From assembly GCF_009834535.1 (NCBI RefSeq), contig NC_045696.1, positions 121,956,001 to 122,020,000 of the forward strand: 64,000 bases of DNA. Direction: 5' to 3'. A model generated the notes under the pieces. That model was not told the DNA's origin. It searched no databases and saw nothing but the letters and a program-made list of their open reading frames with translations. The number at the start of each line of letters is the position of its first letter. The stretch's first letter is position 1. The position numbers and the translations under genes are program-made. Positions 38,301 to 53,116 of the stretch are shown here, one piece after another. The DNA is from Camelus ferus. Lineage: Eukaryota.

Positions 38301-41300
38301 TGGTGGGGCTGGGGTCTGTCACCTCAGTCTCTTGGACTTCGTCCTGGAGTGCAAAGCAGAGTCCACGGAAGTGAGACTGTCAGGCTTGGGTCTCACAGCG
38401 GTGTGGGCTAGGGCAGCCCCCTCTCCCGGTGAGATTTGTCAGTTAAAGCATCTTCTCTGCCAGGCCCTGGTCCCGTTCCCGGCCTCCCTGAGGGGTGCTG
38501 CAGGTCCTGTTGGAGACAGACTGATAAGGAAATAGGTTACTGTGTCACTCTGTGAAAACACTGATATAAGATCATTCAGGACAGAGCCGCTGACTCCACC
38601 TGGGCTTCCCAGTTACTAATTAATTCAGCAAGTGGTGTGTGTCTGCACTGGCACACAGACTAGCCATTCAGCTACTTCAGTGAACAAAGCACCAGGTCCC
38701 CAGGCAGCTCGTGGTCGGTGGATGGCTGGCTTGGAGAAAGGATTGAAAAGGCTTGATCAGGCCTTGGCTTTAGGTTCCTTCTAAAGAGTTTCTTTTCATT
38801 TCTCTTTTTTATTGCACTTATCACAGACACAGGTCTAAGATACTCTTTTCTTTTTTCTAGAGTTTATTGATAAATCATTCGATTTTAAGTGACCCTTCCC
38901 ATTTTTGTGCATCTAGAAAACTGAAAAAGATGGCTTATGCACAAACCTGTTTTTAAAGTGGGTTGTTCTTTTTATCATAATTAAATGAAGATAAACCACC
39001 TCTGAGCAGATCCTGCAGTTAGCAGATACTTTTCTTTTGTCTTACATATGCCCCCTAAAATAATTTTAGAGACTTTGAAGCCGTAACATGATTGTCCCCC
39101 CTATTTAAGAATTATATAATCTGTTGTAAGACATAAAACTATGGTTGAGAAATGAAAAATGGGTGGCACATCTTAACCCAGAAGGTGAAGTTTCTTTTTT
39201 GGCCAGAGTCTTCTACACACATTCAAACTTTTTCGCTGTAGTTTGCATTTTGTGCTGGCACTGATGGGTTTGTGGTTTCCAAGCCCAGGCACTCCCAGAG
39301 CCTCCTGCCCGGGTGCTGGGGGGGTGCTGGTGGTGGTGTCCAGTGGAGACTCTGAGAGTTCCCTTTGAGGCAGCCTGGAGGCGCTGGGCACAGGGGAAGA
39401 GTGTGAGACTGCCACTGCTCCTGACTGTCCGGGTCCCACATCTGCAGTTTGGACTTTATTACTTCAGGTTAACGAGCTCCCTTCAGAGGCTCATCCCTGT
39501 CTTTATACCATCCTGGTTTTCTTTTAAATTGACCAAACAGCAAGCAGAAGGAGGCTGTCCCTTGTTCTCTGCTTTTTATTTTAAAACAGCTATATCAACA
39601 TAGTATAAAACTCATAAAATTCAAATGTTCAGTTCACTGCATATTTACAGTTGTGCAGTCATCACCAAAGCCATTTTAGAACATTTTCATCATTCCAAAA
39701 AGCTTTTTATCTGGTGTTTTCCTCACCTATAATAATATTTTGAGATTCATCCATGTTATTGCCAGGACAAGTAGTTCTGGAGCTTTTTGTCATCAAACAG
39801 TAATTAATTGGATGGCTTCAGTAGATTATGGACATTTGGAATGTGTCCAGTTTTTGTCTGTTGTGAATAATTGTGCAATGAACATTCATCTCTAAGTTCT
39901 TATGTGGACATACATTTTCACTTCTTTTGGGTACACAGGGTTAGAGTTTCTGTGAGCAAGTGATGTGTGTGTGTGTTTTGGGGGGAAGGGATGGTAAATG
40001 ATTTTATTTTAAAGCATAATAAGACTGCAGGTTAACTTATCAAACAAACATGAATACCCTGTGCACTGGCCAGTGTGCGGGCACTGGAGCTGGGTGGAGA
40101 CCAGACCTGGTCCCAGCGCTTGCAGGAATTTACTCTCAGAGGGGGAGGCGGACTATCCTGCACACATGATGCTTCAGCCGCTGCTAGGTGCTGTGAAGAA
40201 AACCAGAACTTGATTAAAAGAGTAGAGAGTGGAAAGGGGAGGCCATGATTTTTTTTTCTGTAATAAAGATGTTTTAAATGCTGTGTATTTAACAAATTTT
40301 TTCAGCAATCTTAAATGTATAGAAATAGTGTAAAGAGAGTATAAGGAAGGTTTCTCTCTGTGTCATGAGAGTGAGTTCCTGGTACAGTGCTCCGTCTCCC
40401 CAGCACACCCCACGCGGCACCCCTGTGGGACCGTAACACAGCCGTGCGCGTTGGGCAGGGCGCGCCAGCCGGGACTGCTTCCTGCCCTTCGGCCCCTGCT
40501 TGGCGGGCGCATGGTGCACGTAGCCCCTGTCTGTGTGGTCCCCTTCAGGCCAGAGCAGTTCCTCACTTCCTTTGGCTTTAATGCCTTGATACTTTGTCAG
40601 ATTGATATGTTTTTAATTTTTAAAGAAAGCACCAAACCATTTTCCAGAGTACCATTTTACCCTCTGTCAGCAGGTATCAGGTGTTTCAGTTCTTCACCTC
40701 CTTCCCAACACCTCCTTTTGATTCTGTCCCATCTGGAGAGGGTGTGAGTGGTACTGCATGTGGTCTCACTCCGCCTCTCCCTCGTGACTATGACAGTAGT
40801 GTCTCTTTATGTGCTTACTTACCAGTTGTGTACCTGGTTTGGTGACATGTCCACTCATGTCTTCTACCCGTTTAAAAATCCTCATCTCTAATTTGACTAC
40901 AGAGATGCAACCAATGAGGGAACTATTAATAACTGGCAAACTGATTCATGTTAAAAGCCCAAAATTAAACCCTTGAGAAAAATGACTATTTTCTATGCTG
41001 TACAGATAAAGTTGGGACTTCCTAATACTGCTGTAGCAGAGGACTAGTTTACCTTGACGGATTAGATAATTTACACATATTTGACCGAAGAGATTTTAAG
41101 CCAGTGGCTGGAATGAATGCTCCTGCTGCCGTGTTGTCATTGGGAACAAATGTATAGTGAGAGAATGTGGCGTTTCAGAGAGAGGGAAATTCTTAAATAG
41201 AACTGATGAAAAGTAATCCTGGAAGAAAACAAAGCTTAGTGTAGTCTTATTTATAGAACAAGTAGTGTTAACTGAACAGCTAAAGAAAATAAACAAAAAT

Positions 41301-42016
41301 AAATTTCTCCAGTTAATATCTAAATTGCCACTGATCACAGGTCAGGCTTGCAAAATAGAGAATAAAACCTGCAGGATTCACCTGGGTCACAAGGATTTAT
41401 CCTGGGTCAGTGACTGAGGTCAGGGGACTGCTGTTATTGATTGTTTCAGTAGATATGGGAGAGTGTTGAGTTTGGGGCTTATTTGAAATTTCCTTCCCTT
41501 TTCAGTCTGTCATTGCTGAATCCATCCTGAAGCTTGTATTTCTCTCATTGCATCATCTTTCTCTCTGTTCCGTGGTCGAAGAAGATGCTTTTTATCTTTT
41601 TAAAGGATCAATATACTGCTCTCCTGGGTGTTAATTGTTACAGTAGGACCATATAGGCCTATAAAAATACCAGATGTTATGTTTCAGACCAGTGACACAC
41701 CGTTTGATAGTAGTGCTAGGTAACATTTTCCAGCTGTTTCCAGGAATGTCCACCTCTTATTGAGCCATTCCACCTGTTTTGTATTTTGCTAATGTTTTCA
41801 AGCATCCTTTCAGGACAGCTCTGATCCCCTAATATTCAAATGATGATAAAGTTGATATTCCTTAGGGGTGTTATCAATTCTTTCTTTAGTCCAAAGTGAG
41901 CTGGAAGAAAAAGACGTCCGTGAGTCTCTGTCCGCTCTGATGTACCTGCTAGAAAGAGCCATTTATTTCCTGCTACTAGGAAAGTCTAATAAGACAGAAA
42001 TTAATCAGGAGAGTGC

Positions 42017-43383
<1,367 letters not shown>

Positions 43384-44189
43384 ATCAGTTCCTAGCTTAT
43401 CTTCTCAGGATTTCTGCTGCCATTCATAGAATTGGTAAGTTCTTTTTTTTTCTAGGGAAAAAAAGGCAGCAAATGTTAGGCTCCTGGATTATAGCTAAAA
43501 ATGTCCTTCTTTATTAGTTCTCTGATGCTTTACAACAGACTAAAAGGTTTTGCATCATTTTTATAGTAGTACTCAGTGTGTTTATTGTTTAAAATTATCT
43601 GCTTCACCATTCCTAGAAGTTGAACTCATGGCTTCCGTGTTCACTTTTGAAAACGGTATCTTTGGATGAATAACTGCATTAAAATTTTGTTACAAACCCA
43701 AGTCTTCAGTCTTTTCCTTTTTTCATGGTCTGTGGTTTGGAGTGAAGGTCTGGAAATTATTTAATCAATTCCCCAAGTTGAGTGAAATGCACAGCCAGTG
43801 TTTAAAACCCCTAGCATAACCATTCTTTTGCCAAATTATCTTCAATGTCACCTTGGCCATACAAATTTCCACACGATTGTAATTTTGTTCCTTATCTTTT
43901 ATCCTCTTCTGTTATCCCACCCCTCTCTCTGCTACATTATTACCTCTCTCCCCTATTGTAGGATAAATACTTAAGTTTCTCTGTAGTTGTCACTGTCATT
44001 GCTGGAGAGAGTCATTTAAATAAAATATAAACTTATTTTATTAAATGTTGAAGACAAGTAGCTCTGTGACTAGGCAGCCAGAATCCATTCCACTTTGTTC
44101 TGCTTTTTTCTGGTCTCCTCATGAATTCCTTCCTCTGCCCAAGGAAATAGAGAAATTCCCATGAAAGTGTCCCTGACATAACAGAAGAA

Positions 44190-47100
44190 AAACTGGAAAA
44201 TTCACATATACGTCCACAGTAACAACACAAACAACCAATGGACCCCCCCCCAAAAAATCAAATTAGAAAATACCTTAAAACAAATGAAAACAAAAAACAT
44301 ATACATGCTGTACCCAAACTTACGTGATGCAATGAAGTATATACTCAGAGAAATGTATAGTTTTAAATGCCCATATTAAAAATAAATATCTCAAATCAAT
44401 TAATCAAGAAGAATAAACTAAACACAAAATGAGTAGAAGGAAGGAAATAGTCAAGATTATAGTGGAGATAGAGAATAGAAAAACAAGAGAGAAAATAAAT
44501 CATTTAAAAGGGCAACAAAATTGACAAAACCTTAGCTAGAGTGATCAGAAAAAAAAACAAAGCCTCAAATTACTAAAATCAGAAATGAAGGTAAGGAAAT
44601 TACTACAGACCTTAGTTCTAAAGATAGCACAGAATTGTACTCTTAAAAATAGTTAAAATGATGAATTTTATGTTATGTAATTTTACCTCAGTAGAAAAGC
44701 CTGTATTTGTGTGGATTCATGAACTGTCTGGTTCCATTGATCTGTATGTCTTTCCTTTCATCAGTACCATATTATCTTGAGTGTCATAACTGTCACTTTA
44801 TAGTAAGTCTTAAAATCAGATTTTCTTCTTTTCAAAAATATTTTTGCTATTATAGTTATTATCACTTTCTATATAGACTTTAAAATTAATGTGTCAGTAT
44901 ACACAATAGATAATACTGGGGTTTTTATTGAAATTGGGTTAAATCTATAGATTTTTTTGTTTTAAAGGGTTGATACTTTAACTCTATTGAGACTTTCAAT
45001 CCATGAGCATGATCTATCTTTCCATTTATTTAGACTTTCAGACATCCTTTGTTTTCTTTCGTTAGCTTTTTTTAAAGTATACAGTGCCTGAATGTATTTC
45101 TTAGATTTGTATCAAAGTATTTCCTTTTTTTTTTTTTTAAAAGAAGCTATTTAAATGGTATTTAAAAAAAGAGCTGGCTTCTTATTTTTCATTAACATTC
45201 TATACAATCTAATTTTTATACATTGACCTTTTATTGTGCAACTTTTCTAAAATTCACCTACTAATTCCAACTTTTTATAGATTCTGGAGATTTCTACTTT
45301 CATGATCATATCATCCTTTCCAATTTCTATGCTTTTTCCCCCCTTGCTTTATTGTACTGACTAGTCAATGTAGGATGTTGAATAGGAGTGGTAAAAGTTT
45401 TATATCCTTGCTTTGTTCTTGATTCTGGGATAAAACATTAACTCTTTTACTACTATGTATGATGTTAGCTGTAGATTTTTTCTGTAGATGCCCTTCATCA
45501 GATGAAGGAAGTCCCCTTGTATTCCTAATTGGCTAGAGTTTTTAATGATGGATATATTTTGAAAGTTTCAGGTTTCTTTTCTGCATCAGCAAATATAATC
45601 ATATGGTTTTGATTTTTTCTTAGTCCAGGGATCAGCATACTGTGACCCACAGACCGAATCCTGCCCACTGGCTGTTTGTGTAGAGGCAGCAAGCTAAAAC
45701 ACATTTTTTACATTTTTTAACGGATTGTAAAAATAATAATAATATTCTGTAAAAAGTGTATGTCACCCACAAAGCTTTAAATATTTGCTGTTTGGTCTTT
45801 TACTGAAAAAAATTGCTGCATCATCCTTTAGTCAGTTAATATAATGGGTTACATCAGTGATGTCTCTTTAACTAGGTTTGCATCATAAGAAACCGCCCCC
45901 CCCACCACTTGTTTGTGATGTAGTATTCCTTTTATAAATCTCTGGATTTAATTTGCTATAATTTTACTAGAAAATTGTATGTCTATTTTCATAAGATACG
46001 GATTTGTAATTTTCTTACAAGGTCTTTTAAGGCTAATACTAGACTCAAAAACGAGTAGGGGATTGTCCCTTTTTTCTATTTTTTATTTAAAAATATTTTC
46101 TTAAGAGGCTGTGTTTATTTTATGTTTATTTTATGTTCATAGCAAAATTGAGCAGAAAATACAGAAGTTACCCCTTGCTCCCAGACATGCACAACCTCCC
46201 CTACTACCAACGCTTGTACCAGAGAGTACATTTGTATGTTATTGGATAATCAATCTAAATTGATACATCATTGATACACTACACCAAAAGTCCATTAGGG
46301 TTCACTCTGTGGGTTTTGACAAATGTATAGTGACATGTATCACTATTATACTACCATATGGAATAGTTACATGGCCCTAAAAATCCTCTGTGCTCCACAG
46401 AGTTATTTCTTCCTCCCTCTTTCTGAACCCCTAGAAATCACTGATCTTTTTACTGTCTGCATAACTGTACCTGATCTAGAATTTCATATATTGGAATCAT
46501 ACAGTATGCAGCCATTTCAGATTGTCTTCTTCCATTTAGTAACAGGTATTTAAGTCTCTTCCATGTCTTTCCATGGCTTGAGAGCTCATTTCCTTTTAGT
46601 GCTGAATAATGTTACATTGCCTGGATGTACCATGGTTTACTTATTAATTCACCAAATGAAGGACAAGTTGGTTGCTTCCAAGTTTTTGAAATTGTGAATA
46701 AAGCTGTCATAAACTTCCATGTGCAGGTTTTTGTATCCATGTGCAGGTACACAAGCTTTTAATTCCTTTGGGTAAATACCTAGGGGTACAATTGCTGGAT
46801 TGTGTGGTAGGAGTATGTTTAGTTTTGTAAGAAACTGTCCAGCTGTCTCCCAAAGTGACTGTTCCATGTTTGCATTCCCACCAGCAAAAGATGAAAGCTC
46901 TTGTTGCTCCACATCCTTGTCAGCATTTGGTGTTCTCAGTGTTACAGATGTTTGGCCATTCTGATAGGTATGTAGTGGTATCTTACTGTTGTTTTAGTTT
47001 ACAACTTTCTAATGGTATATAATGTTGAGCATTTTTTCATATGCTAATTTCTCATGTTTATCCTCTTCAGTGAGGTATCTGTTCAGGTCTTTTGCCCATT

Positions 47101-48850
47101 TTTAAATCATGTTGTTATTTAATTTTAAGAGTTCTTTGTATATTGTGAATAACAGTCCTTTATTGAATAAATCTTTTGCAAATACTTTCTCTCAGTTTGT
47201 GGCTTGTTTTCTCATTCTCTTGCCAGTGTCTTTCACAGAGAAGAACTTTGTTGTTGTTGTTGTTGTTATGAGTGTACCTTATCAATTCTTTCTTTCATGG
47301 ACCGTGACTTTGGTGTTGTATCTAAATAGTCATCACCATACCGAGCACCATCTAGAATTTTTTCTATGTTACCTCCTAGGAATTTTATAATTTTGCATTT
47401 TACATTAAGGTCTATCATCCATTTTAAGTTACTTTTTTTTTTTTGAAAGGTATAAGGTCTGTCTCTAGACTCCTAGGTTTTTTAATATGTGGATGTCTGG
47501 TTGTTCCACTGCCATTTGTTGAAGAGATTATCTTTTCTCCATTGTCGTACCTTTGTGATTCATCAAGATCAGTTCACTGTAGCTATTCTTTATCAAGTTG
47601 AGGGAATTCCCCTCTATTCCCAACTTGCTGAGAGTTTTTTTTTTTTTTTTATCAAGAATGAATGTTGAACTTTGTCAAAGGTTTTTTTCTGTATGCATTG
47701 ATATAATCATGCGGTTTTTTTTCTTCTTTAGCTGCTGATGTAATGGATTGCATTAATGGATATCCAAATGTTAACCAACCTTGCATAACTGGGATTAATC
47801 TCACATAGTCTTGGTGTATAATTATTTTCATATATTGTTGGTTTTGATTTGCTAGTATTTTGTTGATGATTGTTGCATTTGTGTTCATGAGAGATAATGG
47901 TCTGTAGTTTTCTTGTAAAGACTATCTGGTTTTGGTAATGCTGGCCTCATAGAATGAATTAGGAGGTTTCCCTTATTTCAGTATCTTCTGTGTTTTCATA
48001 GAAATTTTAGAATGATTTGTTGCAATTTTGTGAAAAGTGCCATTGGTATTTTGATAGGTGTTGCATTGAGTCTGCAGATTTCCTTTGACTGTATGGTCAT
48101 TTCGACAATATTAATTCTTCCAATATATGAACACAGTATACTTTCCCACACAAAAGACCTAAATAGCCAAACAGTCTTGATAAAGAAGAACAAAGCTGGA
48201 GGTATCATGCTCCCTGACTTCAAACTATGCTACAAAGCTACACTCATCAAAACAGTATGGTAAAGGCTAACCTTTTCAACAAACGGTGCTGGGTCAGTTG
48301 AATATCTATATGAAAGAAATAATGTGACTTGACCCTTAACTTATACCATACATGAAAACTGACTCCATATGGATTGCATACCTAAATGTGAAGAAAAACC
48401 AATTTGACTTCTAGGCTAAAACATGAGAACCACTTCATGATACACACCTGATAGTTGACATCTAAAAGATGGAAAAAGCAAGTGTTGGCATGAATGTGGA
48501 GCAATAGCAAATCTCACACACTCTTGATGGGAGCATAAGTTGGTCCAACCACTTTGGAACGTTGGCAGAGTGTATTTAAGCCAAACCCGTGCATACCCTA
48601 TGACCCAGCAATTCTACTCCTAGGTCTATATCTATCACCAATATGCACATATATTTATTGAAAGACATGTACTAGAATATTCATAGCATTAATTATAGTA
48701 GTCCCAAGCTATAAACTGTAAATATCTGTCAACAGTGGTGTGGGTAAACAAATTAAGACACACTAAACTACTATGCAGCAATGAGAATCAGATACCTATA
48801 ACTGCATGTGATATGGATGAATCTGACAAAGACAACATGAAGGAAAATAA
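44190..48850. mobile_element. Nested cluster of old LINE-1 fragments in both orientations
   Basis: L1 ORF2 peptides on both strands ([49 protein letters not shown]) and L1 3'UTR text. Confidence 0.88.
45626..45822. mobile_element. MER58-like hAT MITE
   Basis: cagggatcagcatactgtgacccacagaccgaatcctgcccact...aaatatttgctgtttggtcttttactgaaaaaaattgc. Confidence 0.6.
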
Positions 48851-48855
48851 AACTA

Positions 48856-49044
48856 CAGTTGATCCTTGAACAACACAGGGGTTAACCTGTGTGTAACTTA
48901 CAGTCAGCCCTCTGTATCCATGGTTACTCTGCTTGTGTAGATTCAACCAGCCACAGACTATGTAGTTCTGTACTATTTACTGTTGAAATATATCCACATA
49001 TAAGTGGACCCACAGTCCAAGCCAGTGCATTCTAGGGTCAGCTG
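48856..49044. mobile_element. Tigger-derived MITE (MER8/Tigger2-like)
   Basis: Terminal inverted repeats cagttgatccttgaac ... ttctagggtcagctg, preceded by TA. Confidence 0.8.
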
Positions 49045-49749
49045 TGTGCAGTATACCACATAACACAATATCTGATTTCATGCATGCCAAGTACAAAATA
49101 AAGCAACACTAATCTGTGCCCTCAGATGTCAGGACAGTGGCTACCTTGAGAGGTTCAGGCTAGAGGGAAGTTCAGAGGGCTTTGGGGGTCCCAGTATTGT
49201 TCTCTTTCTTGATTAGAATGCTGACTTCATGAGTCTGACCAGATTGTGATAATTTGGGGGGCTTTAGACATGCAATATCACATTTTTCTGTATGTACAGT
49301 ATTTTTCAGTAGAATGTTTAAAAATGTTTCCACAGCACAGGTGTGTCATAATTTATTCAAACTTTTCTGTATTTATTGGTCGTTCAATTGGTTTCAGCTT
49401 TTTACTTCTACAAATATTGTGAAGTAAAGATCTCCATACATATTTGATTCATGGTGGTCCCCTTTAAGAATAAATCATTCATATGTTAAGTGGCTGAAGT
49501 CTTCACACTAAAATACATTGTGATATTTCTTCCCCCCAAAACGGGAAACTCAGATTTTCATTTTTCACTAGCAATGTTTGTATTTTTTCTCTTATAGTCT
49601 CATGAGAATGTCTTGTCTTTTTCATTGTGTTTCATTTCATTTCCTCATTTATAATAGATTCAATCATTTTGCTTTCATAGATGTTGCAGCTACTTTCCCT
49701 AATATAGCTGCTCTACATTGAATTTGTTTATAGTAGGCTTTCTATAAAA

Positions 49750-50145
49750 CTTATGGTGATTTTAAGTACACAGGTACTTTCATACCATTCCTTTGAAGAG
49801 ATGGAGGTAAATTCCTCTGTCTTTCAGCATGGACTGGGTTTAATGACTTCCTTTTAATGAATAGTATGTGATAAAGTGACATCCCTATGAAGAGGCTTAC
49901 ATGGAAAGGAGCTGAGTCCTCCAGCCAACAGACATGTGTGTAAACTTTCATAGAAGTGGATCTTTAAGCCCTAGTCAAGACTTCATATGACCACAGCCCT
50001 GGCCGATGACTTGACACCAAAGCAAAGCCACCCACCTAAGACAATCCCTAAAGCCTTGCCTTCAGAAATATGTGGGATAATAAGTATTTGCTCATTTAAA
50101 CTGTTAAATTTTGTGATCAATTTCTATACAACAGATAAGTAATAC
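49750..50145. mobile_element. MaLR LTR fragment (MLT1-like)
   Basis: gagatggaggtaaattcctct...gactgggtttaatgactt...acagccctggccgatgacttgac...caacagataagtaataca. Confidence 0.65.
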
Positions 50146-50699
50146 ACAATTTTTAAACTTTTTATTTTGAAACACAGTGTATGTGCAAAGAAGCAAATGA
50201 AACATAGATATAAAATTTAGCAAAGTATTATAATGCAAACGCAAATGCAATGGTTATGAAATAGAAAATTGCAGGTCCCCAGAAAGAATGTGCATGTTCT
50301 TTCAAGTTCAAAACATCTTACTCCAGTTTGCATGCAATCAAACTCTTGAATTTCATGGTAATCATTTATTTGCTTTGCCTTATGGTCATATCTCCTATGT
50401 TTACACCTCTGAACAATACAACTTAGTTTTGCTTATTTTTGAGTTGCATATTAATAGGACCTATGGAATCATAGATTTACTTTGTTATACCTTACTTCTT
50501 CTGTTCAACCTTCTGTAAGAGTCACCAGTGTTGCCCGTAGCTCTAGCTTGTTTGTCTGCATTACTGTAGAGTTTTTTTGTTGTTTGATTCCACCGCAGCA
50601 TATTTTTCCATTTTACCTGTTAAATACTTTCTAATTTGGGATGACTCTGCTTGCTTTTACAATCCTGTTCATGTTCACATGTGCAAGAGCTTCTCAGTG

Positions 50700-52060
50700 A
50701 TATATATTCCTAGGAGTGGTAATATCTTTTTAAGATCTTGATTTCATTTTCCTCAAATCTGTATCCCCAAGTGGGATTGCTGGATCATTTAGTAATTGTA
50801 TCTTTAAATTTTTTAAGGAAACTCCATACTGTTTTCCATAGTGGTTGCACCAGTTTATAGTCCCACCAACAGTGCACAAATGTTCCCTTTTCTCCACATT
50901 TTCACCAACACTTGCTATTTCTTGTCTTTTTGTTATTGTTGTTGTTCTTTGTTTTCATTGAACTCAAAATAGCTAGTAACAAAAACATCTAAAAATATCT
51001 CCAACATTTGATTCTTCAGTCATTTTTGGTTGATGACATTTGATTATTTAGTTCCTGCTTGTTTCCATCATGGAGTAACATGTCTATCAAAATATATCTC
51101 TGAGAGTTTGCAGCAAGCTTTAAACCTGTATACTTAGATCCTAACCCAAAACCATGATTTAGTTGTTAGTTTTAAATCTAAATTTTTTCTGCCAGACAGA
51201 AGCTTATTAAACTAATAATCATAAATAAGCTAGCTATTAATTAGTTTTCAAGAAAATGCCCAAATACAGCACATACATATAGGTCGCAAATATCCTTTCA
51301 TCCTTTACTACTCATATAATATGAATGTAAAATGTACAGTGGAGTTACATCATAAACACATTTAATTTACATTAATTCAATATGTCATGTCAGTGAAAAG
51401 GAAATAATGAGGAGTAAGGAAAATAACAATAAAGCCATGGCTAGAAGAAGCTGAAACAAGTTTCAAAGGCACAGTCAAGGAAATCGATACCTACTAAATT
51501 AACCCAAACTCTCTGACATACCACTCTCGTGAGTGGTGAAATTCACAGCCCCAGTTTATTTCTTTTCTTTTTGATAATAGCCATTCTGACAGGCGGAGGT
51601 GATATGTCATTTTGGTTTTGATTTGCATTTTCCTGATGATTAGTGATGCCAATTATCTGTTAGTCATTTGTAAGTTTTCTTGGGAAAAATATCTACTGAG
51701 GTCTTCTGTACAATTTTAAAATCAGACTGCTTTTATTTTGCTCTTGAATTGTGTGAGTTCCTTATTTACTTTGATATTAACCCCTTATCTGATAGATGGT
51801 TTGCAAAGATATCCTTCCATTCCATAGGTTGCCTTTTCATTTTGTTGATTGTATCTTTTTTTAAAACATTTTTTATTGATTTATAATCATTTTACAATGT
51901 TGTGTCAAATTCCAGTGTTCACAACTTTTCAGTCATTCATGGACATATACACACTCATTGTCACTTTTTTCTCTGTGAGTTATCATAACATTTATTGTAT
52001 CTTTTGTTGTGCATCATTCTTTTAGTCTGTTGTCGCCCCACTTATTATTATTATTTTGCT
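50700..52060 (-). mobile_element. LINE-1 fragment interrupted by two later insertions
   Basis: Antisense ORF2 C-terminal text at 50760-50930 resumes at 51557; inserts at 50932-51556 and ~51860-51993. Confidence 0.85.
51860..51993 (-). mobile_element. Short young L1 3' end with target-site duplication
   Basis: Antisense match to the L1 tails at 13200-13400 and 56590-56745; attgtatctttt on both sides. Confidence 0.85.
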
Positions 52061-52319
52061 TTTGGATGGAATTTCGCAGTGCTGGCTTCTTGACAGTTGA
52101 AATATCTTTTTAAGATCAGTACTTTAAGGCTTAAAATCCTTTTTATGATTTAAGGGGTCTCGTTTACATTTAAAATGGTACCCTAGGATACATTTTAAAC
52201 TTTCAGAGCGGGGCATGTTTCCAGATCTTGGCAAAGGCCTCAAACAGAGAAAGAGCTTTTCCTAACAGATGAGTGAGCTGGAGAGAGCAAAGCTGACACT
52301 TATCCCTGTTTTACTCCAG

Positions 52320-52449
52320 ACCAGGATAGGTGGACAGCAGAACAGTGTGGCCCTGCAGAAGCTGAAGCCTGACACTCCTTACACCATCACCCTGTCCTCC
52401 CTGTGTTGTGATGTGGAAGGAGGTCGGGTGACAGGAAGAGGCAATACCA
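52320..52449 (+). pseudogene. COL12A1: Isolated COL12A1-like exon (second half of a fibronectin type III repeat), open, both splice sites intact
   Basis: ttttactccag|ACC...ACCA|gtaagt; [43 protein letters not shown] resembles collagen [44 protein letters not shown]. Confidence 0.85.
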
Positions 52450-52575
52450 GTAAGTGAGCCTGGACTCCTGTGGCTGTTTTAGTAACCGTCATGGGGATGG
52501 AATCTCATCTTCCACTGGAAACACTGGGGTGACACAGAGGTTTGCTAAACTTTTAAAATGCATGTTAATAATGCT

Positions 52576-52733
52576 CTTTTTCTTCTTCTTCTTCGTTTCT
52601 TATTCTTATCTTCTTCTTTTCTTTTCTTCTTCTTCTTCTTCTTCTTCTTATTCTTTTATTCTTATTCTTCTTCTTCTTTTCTTCTTCTTCTTCTTCTTCT
52701 TCTTCTTCTTCTTCTTTTTCTTCTTCTTTTTTT
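52576..52733. repeat. (CTT)n-rich microsatellite adjoining the SINE tail
   Basis: Direct reading. Confidence 0.95.
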
Positions 52734-52744
52734 CTGTCTCTGTT

Positions 52745-52860
52745 GGGGGTGGGGGGTAATTAGGTTTTATTTATTTTTTAGTGGAGGTACTGGGGATTGA
52801 ACCCAGGACCTCGTGCACACACTAAGCATACTCTTTAGCCCTGAGCTACACCCTCCCCCC
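52745..52860 (-). mobile_element. tRNA-derived SINE (resembles camelid vic-1 type)
   Basis: Antisense A/B boxes: ggtactggggattgaacccaggacctcgtgc...ctgagctacaccctccccc. Confidence 0.75.
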
Positions 52861-53016
52861 AAAGATCTAAATTGCTTTTAATATCCTTACTGGAGTTATT
52901 TGTCTCTGGTCTTGGAGAATGGTGTTTATTACCTTCTAGGATAACACAGACAAATGAACAAACTATGCTCTGAGGCCAAGATACCTTGTGGAGGGATGAG
53001 ACATGTACATGATGAT

Positions 53017-53116
53017 NNNNNNNNNNNNNNNNNNNNNNNNNNNNNNNNNNNNNNNNNNNNNNNNNNNNNNNNNNNNNNNNNNNNNNNNNNNNNNNNNNNN
53101 NNNNNNNNNNNNNNNN
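53017..53116. other. Assembly gap (100 N)
   Basis: Run of N; true size unknown. Confidence 1.

Noticed and set aside
52454..52800. Poly-Phe/Leu/Ser ORFs
   Set aside because: Translation of the (CTT)n microsatellite.
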